NCBI GenBank assembly: GCA_016217925.1
Contig: JACRFK010000005.1
Coordinates: 1 to 42,169, forward strand
DNA: 42,169 bases
Source of the DNA: Candidatus Kaiserbacteria bacterium
GTDB taxonomy: Bacteria; Patescibacteriota; Minisyncoccia; Phycocordibacterales; UBA2100
Reading direction: 5' to 3'
The notes beneath the pieces are model-generated. The model worked only from the letters and a program-made list of their open reading frames with translations, had not been told where the DNA came from and did no database searches. The translations under genes were made by a program, and so were the position numbers. This document shows, piece after piece, positions 33,923 to 42,169 of this stretch (the stretch's first letter is position 1; each line of letters starts with the position of its first letter).

Positions 33923-34411
33923 TCAGTGCGTCTCAAATATCCCGCAGTGCGGGTCGATCTTTATTTTTTTACCGTTCACTTCCAACGATATCCATTGGTG
34001 GATGAAAAATATTGGAAAGAATGTTCTTTTGATGGCCACTTCTCCCTCACTGAAGTCTCCGGTGTTCACCAGGATGGATTTAAGCAGTCTATTCTGAGTA
34101 TGACACCAAAGAAACTGCTTCTTGTTCAGTAGTTCTCTTGTAGAAAAATCACCAAATTGAAAGACGGTCAACAAGCTTCGTATCCTGAAAGCGTCTGTGT
34201 ATCCGGTATACGTTCGTCGCATGTATGCATACGCGTTTCTGGCGGTCTGGAGAGCGTCGGCACCCCGTAGTTTGGACGACAGCTCTACCAATTCCGGATA
34301 CCGTTCAATTCTCGACCTCAGAAAATAGTTTGGATACAAGAAGTAGGGCCAAAGCTTGCAGAACAGTATGTATGTGGCAAAGAGATAAAGAATCGCTACT
34401 GCAAATTCCAT
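33923..34411 (-). CDS. membrane-anchored hypothetical protein, possibly transglutaminase-like
   Basis: N-terminal TM; WCH, HQW and DP residues in transglutaminase triad order. Confidence 0.55.
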   Translation of the reverse strand: MEFAVAILYLFATYILFCKLWPYFLYPNYFLRSRIERYPELVELSSKLRGADALQTARNAYAYMRRTYTGYTDAFRIRSLLTVFQFGDFSTRELLNKKQFLWCHTQNRLLKSILVNTGDFSEGEVAIKRTFFPIFFIHQWISLEVNGKKIKIDPHCGIFETH

Positions 34412-34484
34412 ATACAATGCAGACACTATACACCGACCCCGGGTTCTTTCATTCGGGGTTTCCATATGTATAATGCGCCTTTGT

Positions 34485-36425
34485 ATGGTTAATCCTGATA
34501 AACAAACACGCAAGCCCCGCGGGGGAGACGAGATGCCGAAGCCCGCAGGGGGCCCTTCGCTGTGGGTGCAGTTGGCGGCGGCCTTTGCCGTTTTTCTCGT
34601 GCTTTCGGTCGGATACTCATATGTCCGCCAATACATTGCTGCACAGGATGAGACAGTGCCGCTCTCGCAAATAGCGCAGGACATCACGGCGGGGACTATC
34701 ACATCGCTCGACGTTGCCGGCGATAAAATAACGGCGACGTACGCGGACAAGTCGACTAAGACCTCCCGCAAGGAAACGGAGAGCTCGCTCACACAGACGC
34801 TCTCCGACTATGGCATCGCTCCGGAAAAGATGGCGGCGGTAAAGATCGAAATAAAAGACGAAGGCGGGGTGCGCTTTTGGGCGCTCACGCTTCTGCCGAT
34901 ACTGGTACCAATCATGTTTCTTTTCGGCGTCATCTGGTACCTCTCGCGGCAGCTCCGCGGCGGCGCCGGCGGCATGCAGGCGTTTTCTTTCGGCAAATCA
35001 ATGGCGCGACTCGTGAATCCTGAAGATGAGGTGCAAAAAGTGACGTTCAAGGATGTCGCCGGCGCAAAGGAAGCGAAGAGTGAGCTTCTTGAAATAGTAG
35101 ACTTCCTCAAGAATCCCAAAAAATTCATACAGATAGGTGCGCGTATTCCGAAAGGCGTACTTCTCATGGGCGCACCGGGTACGGGCAAGACCTTGCTCGC
35201 GCGCGCGGTCGCGGGCGAAGCGGGCGTGCCGTTCTTCTCCATCTCCGGTTCGGAGTTCGTCGAGATGTTCGTCGGCGTGGGTGCATCGCGTGTGCGCGAC
35301 CTCTTCCTCACCGCAAAGAAAGCAGCGCCCGCGATAGTATTTATCGATGAGATCGACGCGGTGGGCCGCGTGCGCGGCACGGGTGTCGGCGGCGGCAACG
35401 ACGAGCGCGAGCAGACGCTCAATCAAATACTCGTCGAGATGGACGGCTTCGAGCCGAATGAAAAGGTCATCGTCATGGCGGCTTCCAACAGGCCTGATGT
35501 GCTTGATCCAGCGCTGTTGCGCCCCGGCCGATTCGACCGGCGCGTCATGATAGACCTGCCGGATCGCAAAGACCGCGAAGAAATCCTCAAGGTGCATGCG
35601 CGCCAGAAGCCGCTCGGTGCAGACGTGAAGCTCGTCGTTATCGCCGAGCGCACGCCTGGATTTAGCGGCGCCGACCTCGCGAGCCTCATGAACGAAGGCG
35701 CCATTCTTGCCGCCCGCGAAAATAGGAAAGAAATTACCCAATACGACCTCATCCGCTCAATAGAGAAAGTGATGCTCGGACCCGAACGCCGCTCGCACGT
35801 GCTCAACAAGAAAGAAAAAGAGATAACTGCGTATCACGAAGCGGGGCACGCGCTCGTCGCTTCGGTCTTGCCGTATGCCGACCCCGTGCACAAAATCTCC
35901 ATCATCTCGCGCGGACGTGCGGCGGGCTACACGCTCAAGCTGCCTTTCGAAGACCGCAAAATGCAGTCGCGCAAAGAATTCTTGGACGACATCGCGGTAT
36001 CGCTCGGCGGCTTCGTCGCGGAGAAAATGATATTCGACGACGTGACGACAGGCGCTTCGAACGACCTGCAGGTCCTCTCCGCTCTCGCGCGCAACATGGT
36101 TGCCCGCTACGGCATGTCAGACAAAATGGGCCCCATCGCCTTTGCGGCGTCAGCCCAGCGTGCGATATTCGGCGAAGGCGTCGAGAACGACCAGTCCTCG
36201 CAAGTCGTCGTCGCGGAGATTGATGCGGAGGTGAAGAAAATAATTTTGGCTGCACACAAAAAAGCGGAAGGCGTCCTCACAAAGAACCGCGCGGCACTCG
36301 ACGCCATCGCGCAGAAATTAGTGGAAGTGGAGACCCTCGAGCGCGCGGAATTTGAAAATATCCTGATAGCGAACGGCATCACACCCAAGAAAAAGGAGGA
36401 TATAGAACACGCCCCGTTGGCCTGA
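34485..36425 (+). CDS. ftsH: ATP-dependent zinc metalloprotease FtsH
   Basis: Two TM helices, [28 protein letters not shown]. Confidence 0.99.
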   Translation: MVNPDKQTRKPRGGDEMPKPAGGPSLWVQLAAAFAVFLVLSVGYSYVRQYIAAQDETVPLSQIAQDITAGTITSLDVAGDKITATYADKSTKTSRKETESSLTQTLSDYGIAPEKMAAVKIEIKDEGGVRFWALTLLPILVPIMFLFGVIWYLSRQLRGGAGGMQAFSFGKSMARLVNPEDEVQKVTFKDVAGAKEAKSELLEIVDFLKNPKKFIQIGARIPKGVLLMGAPGTGKTLLARAVAGEAGVPFFSISGSEFVEMFVGVGASRVRDLFLTAKKAAPAIVFIDEIDAVGRVRGTGVGGGNDEREQTLNQILVEMDGFEPNEKVIVMAASNRPDVLDPALLRPGRFDRRVMIDLPDRKDREEILKVHARQKPLGADVKLVVIAERTPGFSGADLASLMNEGAILAARENRKEITQYDLIRSIEKVMLGPERRSHVLNKKEKEITAYHEAGHALVASVLPYADPVHKISIISRGRAAGYTLKLPFEDRKMQSRKEFLDDIAVSLGGFVAEKMIFDDVTTGASNDLQVLSALARNMVARYGMSDKMGPIAFAASAQRAIFGEGVENDQSSQVVVAEIDAEVKKIILAAHKKAEGVLTKNRAALDAIAQKLVEVETLERAEFENILIANGITPKKKEDIEHAPLA

Positions 36426-36470
36426 TAGCAAGCACCCGCGAACGGATGCCGCTCGCGGGACGATAGAGAC

Positions 36471-36662
36471 TCATAGGCGCGCCCCGTGGTCCTCTGGGAC
36501 GACGGGAAGCGAAGCCTCGACGAGGTAGTAGAAGCAGATAATGCCGGCGATGATAAGCAGTGTCAGCAAAAGCAGACCTAGCAGCTTTTGCCATATCGGC
36601 ACGTATTTTGCCCTCGCATGACTTTCGTCATGTGCATCAAGCAACGCCTTTGTTGTGGCCAT
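36471..36662 (-). CDS. small membrane protein
   Basis: 63-aa ORF with single TM helix downstream of pyrC. Confidence 0.5.
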   Translation of the reverse strand: MATTKALLDAHDESHARAKYVPIWQKLLGLLLLTLLIIAGIICFYYLVEASLPVVPEDHGARL

Positions 36663-36720
36663 GAATACCCCCGTGATTGAACCGGGTCATACTGTAGCCG
36701 TACTTCGACGGCGCGTCAAT

Positions 36721-37827
36721 CTATCCCTTTATCTGCCAGTGTATCGTTTCGTTGCCGAGGCCGTGGACCGTGTTGCAGATAGGCCAGACTTTGACGCCCT
36801 CATCGGTCACGACAGGCTCGGTGGTTTGCCAGTCCTTTTTTACAAGTGTAATTGTTTCCGCGCTCGGCTCGACGCCGTAGAAGCGCGGGCCGTTTACTGA
36901 TACGAAGCTCTCCAGTTTATCGAGTGCGCCAAGCTCATCAAAAATCTGTGTGTAGAGCTCGAGTGCGACGGGGGAGTTGAAGACGCCAAATACGCAACAT
37001 GAAGAAAATTTCTTTGACTCCGGATGGGGCGCCGAGTCAGTACCCGCGAAAACAAAGGGAAGACCTTTCGTCGCGATGTCGCGCACGCGCTCGCGGTCGT
37101 CGCTCGTTTTCACAAGCGGCTTCATATGAATGAGCGTGCGATAGCCGCCGGAAAACGCCTGCCGTCGGTCGTACATAAGGTGTGTCGGCGTCACTGTTGC
37201 GACGAGACGGCCCTCTTTGCCGTTCTTCTCGATGAAATCCACCGCCTGTGCCGAGCTCATGTGTTCGAGCGAGACTTTGAGCTTCGGATATGTTTCCAAT
37301 AGTCGCGGCAAAACGTCGGCAATAAAAAGCCGTTCGCCGTCGTACGGGTCCTCTTCCTCGCCATGCTCGTTGAGGTGTACTTCTCCGTGAAGCAAAAGCG
37401 GCATGCCCACGCGCTCCATTTCTTTAAGCACGTCTTTTGCTTCGAGGATGTCGCGGTAACCCCATTGCGAATTTGTCGTCGCGCCATACGGATATGATTT
37501 CACCGCATAGATCTTCGTACCTTCTGCACCGATGGCGGCACGCTCAATTTCCTGCGGCGTAAGACCTTTGGTTAGATACATCGTCATCAACGGTTCAAAC
37601 AACGTTCTAACATTTTGCAAAACGTTTGAATGTTGCAGAGCCGCTAAAATTTCATTTTTGTACTCAATGGCCGCATCAAGTGTATCAATCGGCGGATCGG
37701 TATTCGGCATTACGATCGCTTTATCGAAACGTGTTGCAGTGTACGGCGTTACGGCCCGCAGCATGGCTCCGCGGCGCAGATGCACATGCGCGTCGAACGG
37801 TTTCTTGATGGTTATTGTGTCAGTCAT
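36721..37827 (-). CDS. pyrC: dihydroorotase (homodimeric type II)
   Basis: DAHVHLR, VMPN, YPYGATTNS, LLHGE, LEH, GTDSAPH. Confidence 0.93.
   Translation of the reverse strand: MTDTITIKKPFDAHVHLRRGAMLRAVTPYTATRFDKAIVMPNTDPPIDTLDAAIEYKNEILAALQHSNVLQNVRTLFEPLMTMYLTKGLTPQEIERAAIGAEGTKIYAVKSYPYGATTNSQWGYRDILEAKDVLKEMERVGMPLLLHGEVHLNEHGEEEDPYDGERLFIADVLPRLLETYPKLKVSLEHMSSAQAVDFIEKNGKEGRLVATVTPTHLMYDRRQAFSGGYRTLIHMKPLVKTSDDRERVRDIATKGLPFVFAGTDSAPHPESKKFSSCCVFGVFNSPVALELYTQIFDELGALDKLESFVSVNGPRFYGVEPSAETITLVKKDWQTTEPVVTDEGVKVWPICNTVHGLGNETIHWQIKG
37600..37635 (-). repeat. 36-nt imperfect palindrome in frame in pyrC
   Basis: CAACGTTCTAACATTTTG|CAAAACGTTTGAATGTTG encodes QHSNVLQNVRTL. Confidence 0.6.
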
Positions 37828-37983
37828 GCCGAAAGTATACCCCGATAGTAGATGTTGGCGAGGCGCGAAGCGCAGTCGCTAAGGAATGCTAGATTTGAAA
37901 ACCATTGTCAGCGTTCGCGGTCCGTACCCTCGCTCCAGAGAAGACTATCGCCAACATTCACTACGGGGTATACACTGTCGGAC

Positions 37984-39189
37984 ATGGCAAAAAAGGATGT
38001 CTCATCCGCCAAAGGCGGACCCCCCTCCGGCGGGAAACTTGCTCAAACAGCTCTCGCACTCCACAAAAAGCTCGGCGGCAAAATCCGTATCATGCCCGCG
38101 GCACCTGTGCGCAACCGTGCTGACCTCTCCCTCGTCTACACACCCGGTGTCGCGGCGGTCTCTTCGTACGTTGCGAAATATCCGCAGGAAGCCCGCGACT
38201 ACACGATAAAAGGTCGCATGGTCGCCGTTATCTCCGACGGCTCCGCCGTGCTTGGTCTCGGCAATATCGGTGCCCTGGGCGCCTTGCCGGTCATGGAAGG
38301 GAAGTGTGCGCTTTTCAAGACGTTTGCCGGAGTTGATGCGTTTCCCATCGTCCTCGACACTACTCCGCTAAAGCTTCGAAGTGCAAGCACACAGGAGGAA
38401 ATAGATTTTATCGTTCAAACAGTTATCGCCATTGCCCCCGCGTTCGGCGGCATCAATCTTGAAGACATCGGCGCACCGAAGTGTTTTGAAATAGAAAAAC
38501 GCATCTCTGATGCACTCGACATCCCGGTCATGCACGACGACCAGCACGGCACCGCTATCGTCGTCTTGGCGGGTATGATAAATGCGCTCAAAGTCGTCGG
38601 CAAGAAAATGTCTTCGGCGAAGTTCGTAATCCTCGGCGCGGGGGCCGCGGGGACGGCGACCGCAAAGCTTCTGCATGTCGCGGGAGCAAAAAACATCGTC
38701 GTGCTCGATAGTAAAGGCATCGTTGACTCCAAACGCCCCGAGCCGCACAAACGCGAGCTTGCAAAATTCAATACGAGAAACGTGAGAGGAGGATTGCGCG
38801 AGGCACTCACCGGTGCCGACGTCTTGCTCGGCGTTTCTGGTCCCAATCTGGTGAAAGCGGAAGATATCCGGCTCATGGCGAAGAAGGCGATAGTCTTCGC
38901 GATGGCGAATCCGACACCTGAGATCATGCCGGACGAGGCGAAGCGAGGGGGAGCGATGGTCGTCGGTACCGGCCGCTCGGATTTCCCGAACCAGATAAAT
39001 AATTCGCTCGCATTTCCCGGCATTTTCCGCGGTGCGCTCGACCACGGCGTAACGAAAATTACCGATGAGATGAAAGTGAAAGCGGCAAAAGCGATAGCCG
39101 CACTCGTCAAAAAGCCGACCGCCAACTACGTCATTCCAGACATGTTCGACAGACGCGCTCCTCTCGCGGTCGCCAAAGTGATACGCTGA
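37984..39189 (+). CDS. NAD(P)-dependent malic enzyme
   Basis: YTPGVA, SDGSAVLGLG, PVMEGK, INLEDI, HDDQHGT, GAGAAG, FAMANP, NQINN..FPG. Confidence 0.96.
   Translation: MAKKDVSSAKGGPPSGGKLAQTALALHKKLGGKIRIMPAAPVRNRADLSLVYTPGVAAVSSYVAKYPQEARDYTIKGRMVAVISDGSAVLGLGNIGALGALPVMEGKCALFKTFAGVDAFPIVLDTTPLKLRSASTQEEIDFIVQTVIAIAPAFGGINLEDIGAPKCFEIEKRISDALDIPVMHDDQHGTAIVVLAGMINALKVVGKKMSSAKFVILGAGAAGTATAKLLHVAGAKNIVVLDSKGIVDSKRPEPHKRELAKFNTRNVRGGLREALTGADVLLGVSGPNLVKAEDIRLMAKKAIVFAMANPTPEIMPDEAKRGGAMVVGTGRSDFPNQINNSLAFPGIFRGALDHGVTKITDEMKVKAAKAIAALVKKPTANYVIPDMFDRRAPLAVAKVIR
38005..38034 (+). repeat. 30-nt twin-hairpin coding repeat (SAKGGPPSGG)
   Basis: TCCGCC-AAA-GGCGGA-CCCCCC-TCC-GGCGGG. Confidence 0.7.
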
Positions 39190-39195
39190 TTTGGC

Positions 39196-40983
39196 ATGGG
39201 ATCTGAAGCACCGCGTCCCAGACAGCACGACAGACGGGATACACTTGCCGCCAAGTTTCTTGATATTCACGACCTCAGCGCGAATCTAAATTTCTCGGTT
39301 GAAAACGCGCCGGGTTCGCCTGCCGCACTTCCAAGAGCGATATCCCTCCACATGCTTCCGATGAAGGATGTTCCGCTTCTTGCGAAGAGGAGGGAATTTA
39401 GAGCAGGACTCGCGAAGTTGGCAGAACGATTGACTTCGGATGACCGATTCCGCAATGTTGAACGTATCGATGCAACCTCGTGGGCGGTCACAATGAGTCC
39501 TGAACTGCTTGAACAACTTGGTTTTAGCGTTGATAGAGAGAGTACTAAGCAATACAGCCAAAAAAAAGTCGCAGATTACGACAAACTCCACAAGCGGCTC
39601 ATCAGACTGTTTCTTGTGGAGAAGCAAAACAGAGGAGTCAAAGCAACGCATGCATGGATGACCCGCGAAGATTTGCTCGCCAATGAGAAATATAATCCGA
39701 TCGGAACGACTACGGAGGAGGGCGGGGACAGTTTGGAAAGATTGACGGAGAAAAATCAGAATTTTTTGGAGCAAATTTCTTCCGCACGCACCTTTCAGCA
39801 ACTTATTTGGGGTGTCGAAGCAGCTGCCGTAGAGTCCGGAGACGGCGCAAAAGTTTTGAATGACAACGGCGGGACTGTTTCAGCCGGGAAGTTGTTGCGG
39901 GAACTCACACGTGTTGATACTGAGGAAGAGCGGGGGGACCCCAACGACTTGGAAACGGTACGTCAGATAAAACCGCTTCAGAGAAAAGTATTGGATATCC
40001 GTTCAGCTCGCGCTTCGCTCAATGCGATATACAGAGATGCGCGCACGCAGTGGCAGACGCCGATAAGCGACGAGTACTTTTCTATCCACGCCATCAATAG
40101 GAAAGAGTTTAACGAAAAGAACGGGCTTCCGGCGCCTGAAGATACGATACCCATCTGGATTGCGCCCGGATTCAGGGTTGGCGCCGAGGCATTGAGAAGA
40201 AATGCGGTCGGCATGTCCGAGCTCGACCACTCCGTTGCTACGTATGTCGTAGATCCTCGCAACGAAGCCACCGATTCCCGATATACATTCCCGCCCAACA
40301 TCCCTGCACTGACTAAAATGCATGCCAGCGCTCTCCTTACGGCAATAGAAGCCGGCAGTAAAAATATATTTAGAGGAGAAGAAAAGGTGAATGTTTTGGG
40401 GTATTCGAACGGTGCCATCAATGCGATCGTCGCTGCAATGGCACTGCCGGAAAGATTTAATAAAATAATTCTGGTCAATCCGGCGGGGCTGACGGATCTC
40501 AATGACCCGTACTTACTGCGATTCTTGAAACTTTCGGCGAAATCATTTACGCACGGAAAACAGGTTTTAACAGAGGCGGGTCTGAAGCCGGCTCAATCAC
40601 GACTCACACAACTTGCGGATATGGGCGGGCCTGATATGGAAGTCGATAAACCGCGTGACCTGTATGAAGAGTTTTCTGCAGAGATGAATGAAATTGGCAA
40701 AAAAGGCGGACTAAGAGCTGCAATTGATACGGCGAGCGCCATCAGCCAAGCAGACCTCATTCCCATGATTCAATATCTCACCGAGCGTGGCGTGAAAATA
40801 GAGATACTTGCGGCGGAGGGTGATCCGATGTTTTCCGAAAAACAAATTGAAGAGTCCGGAAGAAAAGCCGGTGTCCCTGTCGTTACGCTTGCAGGGGCAC
40901 ATGCAAATGTCGGCTTCAGTCCGGGAGCGATGGCCGAGATATATATCGACGCATTTAAGGATATGGACGAGCAGGCCGCATAG
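39196..40983 (+). CDS. multidomain protein with C-terminal alpha/beta hydrolase
   Basis: LGYSNGA nucleophile elbow, ILVNPAG, GDPMF, GAHA. Confidence 0.75.
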   Translation: MGSEAPRPRQHDRRDTLAAKFLDIHDLSANLNFSVENAPGSPAALPRAISLHMLPMKDVPLLAKRREFRAGLAKLAERLTSDDRFRNVERIDATSWAVTMSPELLEQLGFSVDRESTKQYSQKKVADYDKLHKRLIRLFLVEKQNRGVKATHAWMTREDLLANEKYNPIGTTTEEGGDSLERLTEKNQNFLEQISSARTFQQLIWGVEAAAVESGDGAKVLNDNGGTVSAGKLLRELTRVDTEEERGDPNDLETVRQIKPLQRKVLDIRSARASLNAIYRDARTQWQTPISDEYFSIHAINRKEFNEKNGLPAPEDTIPIWIAPGFRVGAEALRRNAVGMSELDHSVATYVVDPRNEATDSRYTFPPNIPALTKMHASALLTAIEAGSKNIFRGEEKVNVLGYSNGAINAIVAAMALPERFNKIILVNPAGLTDLNDPYLLRFLKLSAKSFTHGKQVLTEAGLKPAQSRLTQLADMGGPDMEVDKPRDLYEEFSAEMNEIGKKGGLRAAIDTASAISQADLIPMIQYLTERGVKIEILAAEGDPMFSEKQIEESGRKAGVPVVTLAGAHANVGFSPGAMAEIYIDAFKDMDEQAA

Positions 40984-41032
40984 TTCGCTCTCACTCTCGA
41001 AAGTCATCTTTTAGCAAGATATACTGGAGGGT

Positions 41033-41269
41033 ATGGACCCGATGCAGCTTGCCCAGTTGAAACGTCAGGCCGAATGGTACGCCGAACAGACGCGACACAG
41101 CGAACAGGATTTTCAGACCGCCGAGCTTGCCCTGGAGAACGCGAAGAAGAAAGTGGAAGAGGCAAAAAAGAAACTCGCGGAGAACAAGCGGAAGCTCAAC
41201 GTCTTTCATCAGGATGTAGCGCGCGGGGAAGCGGAGATGCGTAAGAGTATAGCGGACGCCCGCCACTAG
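41033..41269 (+). CDS. small coiled-coil hypothetical protein
   Basis: 78-aa heptad-rich ORF, TATACT 7 nt upstream. Confidence 0.6.
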   Translation: MDPMQLAQLKRQAEWYAEQTRHSEQDFQTAELALENAKKKVEEAKKKLAENKRKLNVFHQDVARGEAEMRKSIADARH

Positions 41270-41306
41270 CATTGCATAGCGTGTACGTTCTATAATCGAG
41301 CTTCAT

Positions 41307-41377
41307 GCGCCCATAGCTCAATGGTAGAGCGATCGTCTTATACACGATTGATCCAGGTTCGATCCCTGGTGGGCGTA
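41307..41377 (+). tRNA. tRNA-Ile(UAU)
   Basis: Cloverleaf: acceptor GCGCCCA/TGGGCGT, D arm GCTC/GAGC, anticodon stem ATCGT/ACGAT with loop CT-TAT-AC, T arm CCAGG-TTCGATC-CCTGG; CCA not encoded. Confidence 0.9.
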
Positions 41378-41440
41378 CAAAGATGAATCCCGTGTGCATT
41401 TCGGAGTTGCGCCGTTTAGGTGCCGTGCAACAATGTCCCC

Positions 41441-42169
41441 ATGACACATGCCTTCAGGTCTTCTGTGTTACTAGCCTTCGCATTTGTCGCAGGGCTTGTT
41501 CTTCTCCCACACATAGGTTTCGCGGCGCAGGTCACGGTAACGATGGCGAATGGTTCGTTCTATCCTCCCAACATAACGGTCAATGCAGGGGATGCCGTGA
41601 CGTGGGTGAACAACGACAGCCGACCGCATACCGCGACATCCAATTCCGGGAATTTTGACAGTGGCACGATACCATCGGGCCAAAGCTACGGAGCCATCTT
41701 TAATACCCCAGGAACGTACCCGTACCGCTCGACGCTTGATGTCGCACCGAACGGCCCAAGCATGACAGGCACCATAACGGTTCTTGCCTCCGGGGCGACC
41801 TATACCAACACGACGGGAAACCCCACTTTGGAGGCTCAATTGCGGGCACAGGCGCAGGCATTGCTTGCACAAGTTACGGCGCTTCAAGCCCAGTATGGAG
41901 GGAACGCCACAGCCTATCCAGGCACGGTTACTGTGGACTCGAGTGCGTGCCCGAATATCGGCAGGACGTTGCGTCGCGGCATTTCGGGAGACGACGTACT
42001 TCGTCTGCAAAAGTTCCTCGCACGCGACCCGTCTGTCTATCCAGAGGCTGTCGCGAGCGGATATTACGGAGCCCTCACTGAACGAGCAGTACAAAGATGG
42101 CAAGTGAAATACAATATCGTTTCATCGGGTACGCCGACGACGACCGGGTATGGAGTCGTCGGTCCGCGT
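41441..42169 (+). CDS. secreted cupredoxin-like plus peptidoglycan-binding protein (3' truncated; absent from ORF track)
   Basis: MTHAFRSSVLLAF signal; FYPPNITVNAGDAVTWVNND..PHT..FDSG..PGTYPY; LRRG.SGDDVLRLQKFL..GYYGALTERAVQRWQ. Confidence 0.85.
   Translation, partial: MTHAFRSSVLLAFAFVAGLVLLPHIGFAAQVTVTMANGSFYPPNITVNAGDAVTWVNNDSRPHTATSNSGNFDSGTIPSGQSYGAIFNTPGTYPYRSTLDVAPNGPSMTGTITVLASGATYTNTTGNPTLEAQLRAQAQALLAQVTALQAQYGGNATAYPGTVTVDSSACPNIGRTLRRGISGDDVLRLQKFLARDPSVYPEAVASGYYGALTERAVQRWQVKYNIVSSGTPTTTGYGVVGPR

Noticed and set aside
1-42169. Alternative genetic code (UGA=Gly as in Gracilibacteria/Absconditabacteria)
   Set aside because: Conserved genes translate full length under code 11 and several end in TGA (ftsH, malic enzyme, LOG)

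Overview
Bacterial chromosomal segment, almost certainly from a Patescibacteria/CPR (Parcubacteria-like) genome. That is inferred from the missing rpmD, the near-absence of Shine-Dalgarno sites, the CPR-type accessory genes and a tRNA-Ile(UAU). It carries the S10-spc ribosomal protein cluster (rplC to rplO, secY, cmk, adk, map). The cluster is split twice by inserted accessory genes (rplB/rpsS and rplE/rpsN), each time restarting from a new sigma70-type promoter. Further along are a LOG-family gene, purD, a VirB4/TraG-like ATPase, ndk, a compact 6S RNA candidate, a beta-CASP MBL hydrolase, infC-rpmI-rplT, an M15 peptidase, a thermonuclease, tmRNA-smpB, ftsH, pyrC, malic enzyme, tRNA-Ile(UAU) and surface proteins. 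The most striking unexplained signal is a set of small palindromic elements. (i) CCCGTTAGA...TCTAACGGG elements sit exactly at the start codons of rplB, cmk and infC, with a 5-nt ATGNN duplication. (ii) Several 30-48 nt hairpin families lie in frame inside conserved proteins (uL3, uL23, uS17, uL22, PyrC, malic enzyme, MBL hydrolase). (iii) Most intergenic hairpin inserts are spanned by a short ORF that stops 2-4 nt before the next start codon, suggesting translational bridging. A PaaX/Cas2-like gene flanked by twin hairpins and pervasive leaderless promoters are also notable. All calls come from reading the sequence; no searches were run.
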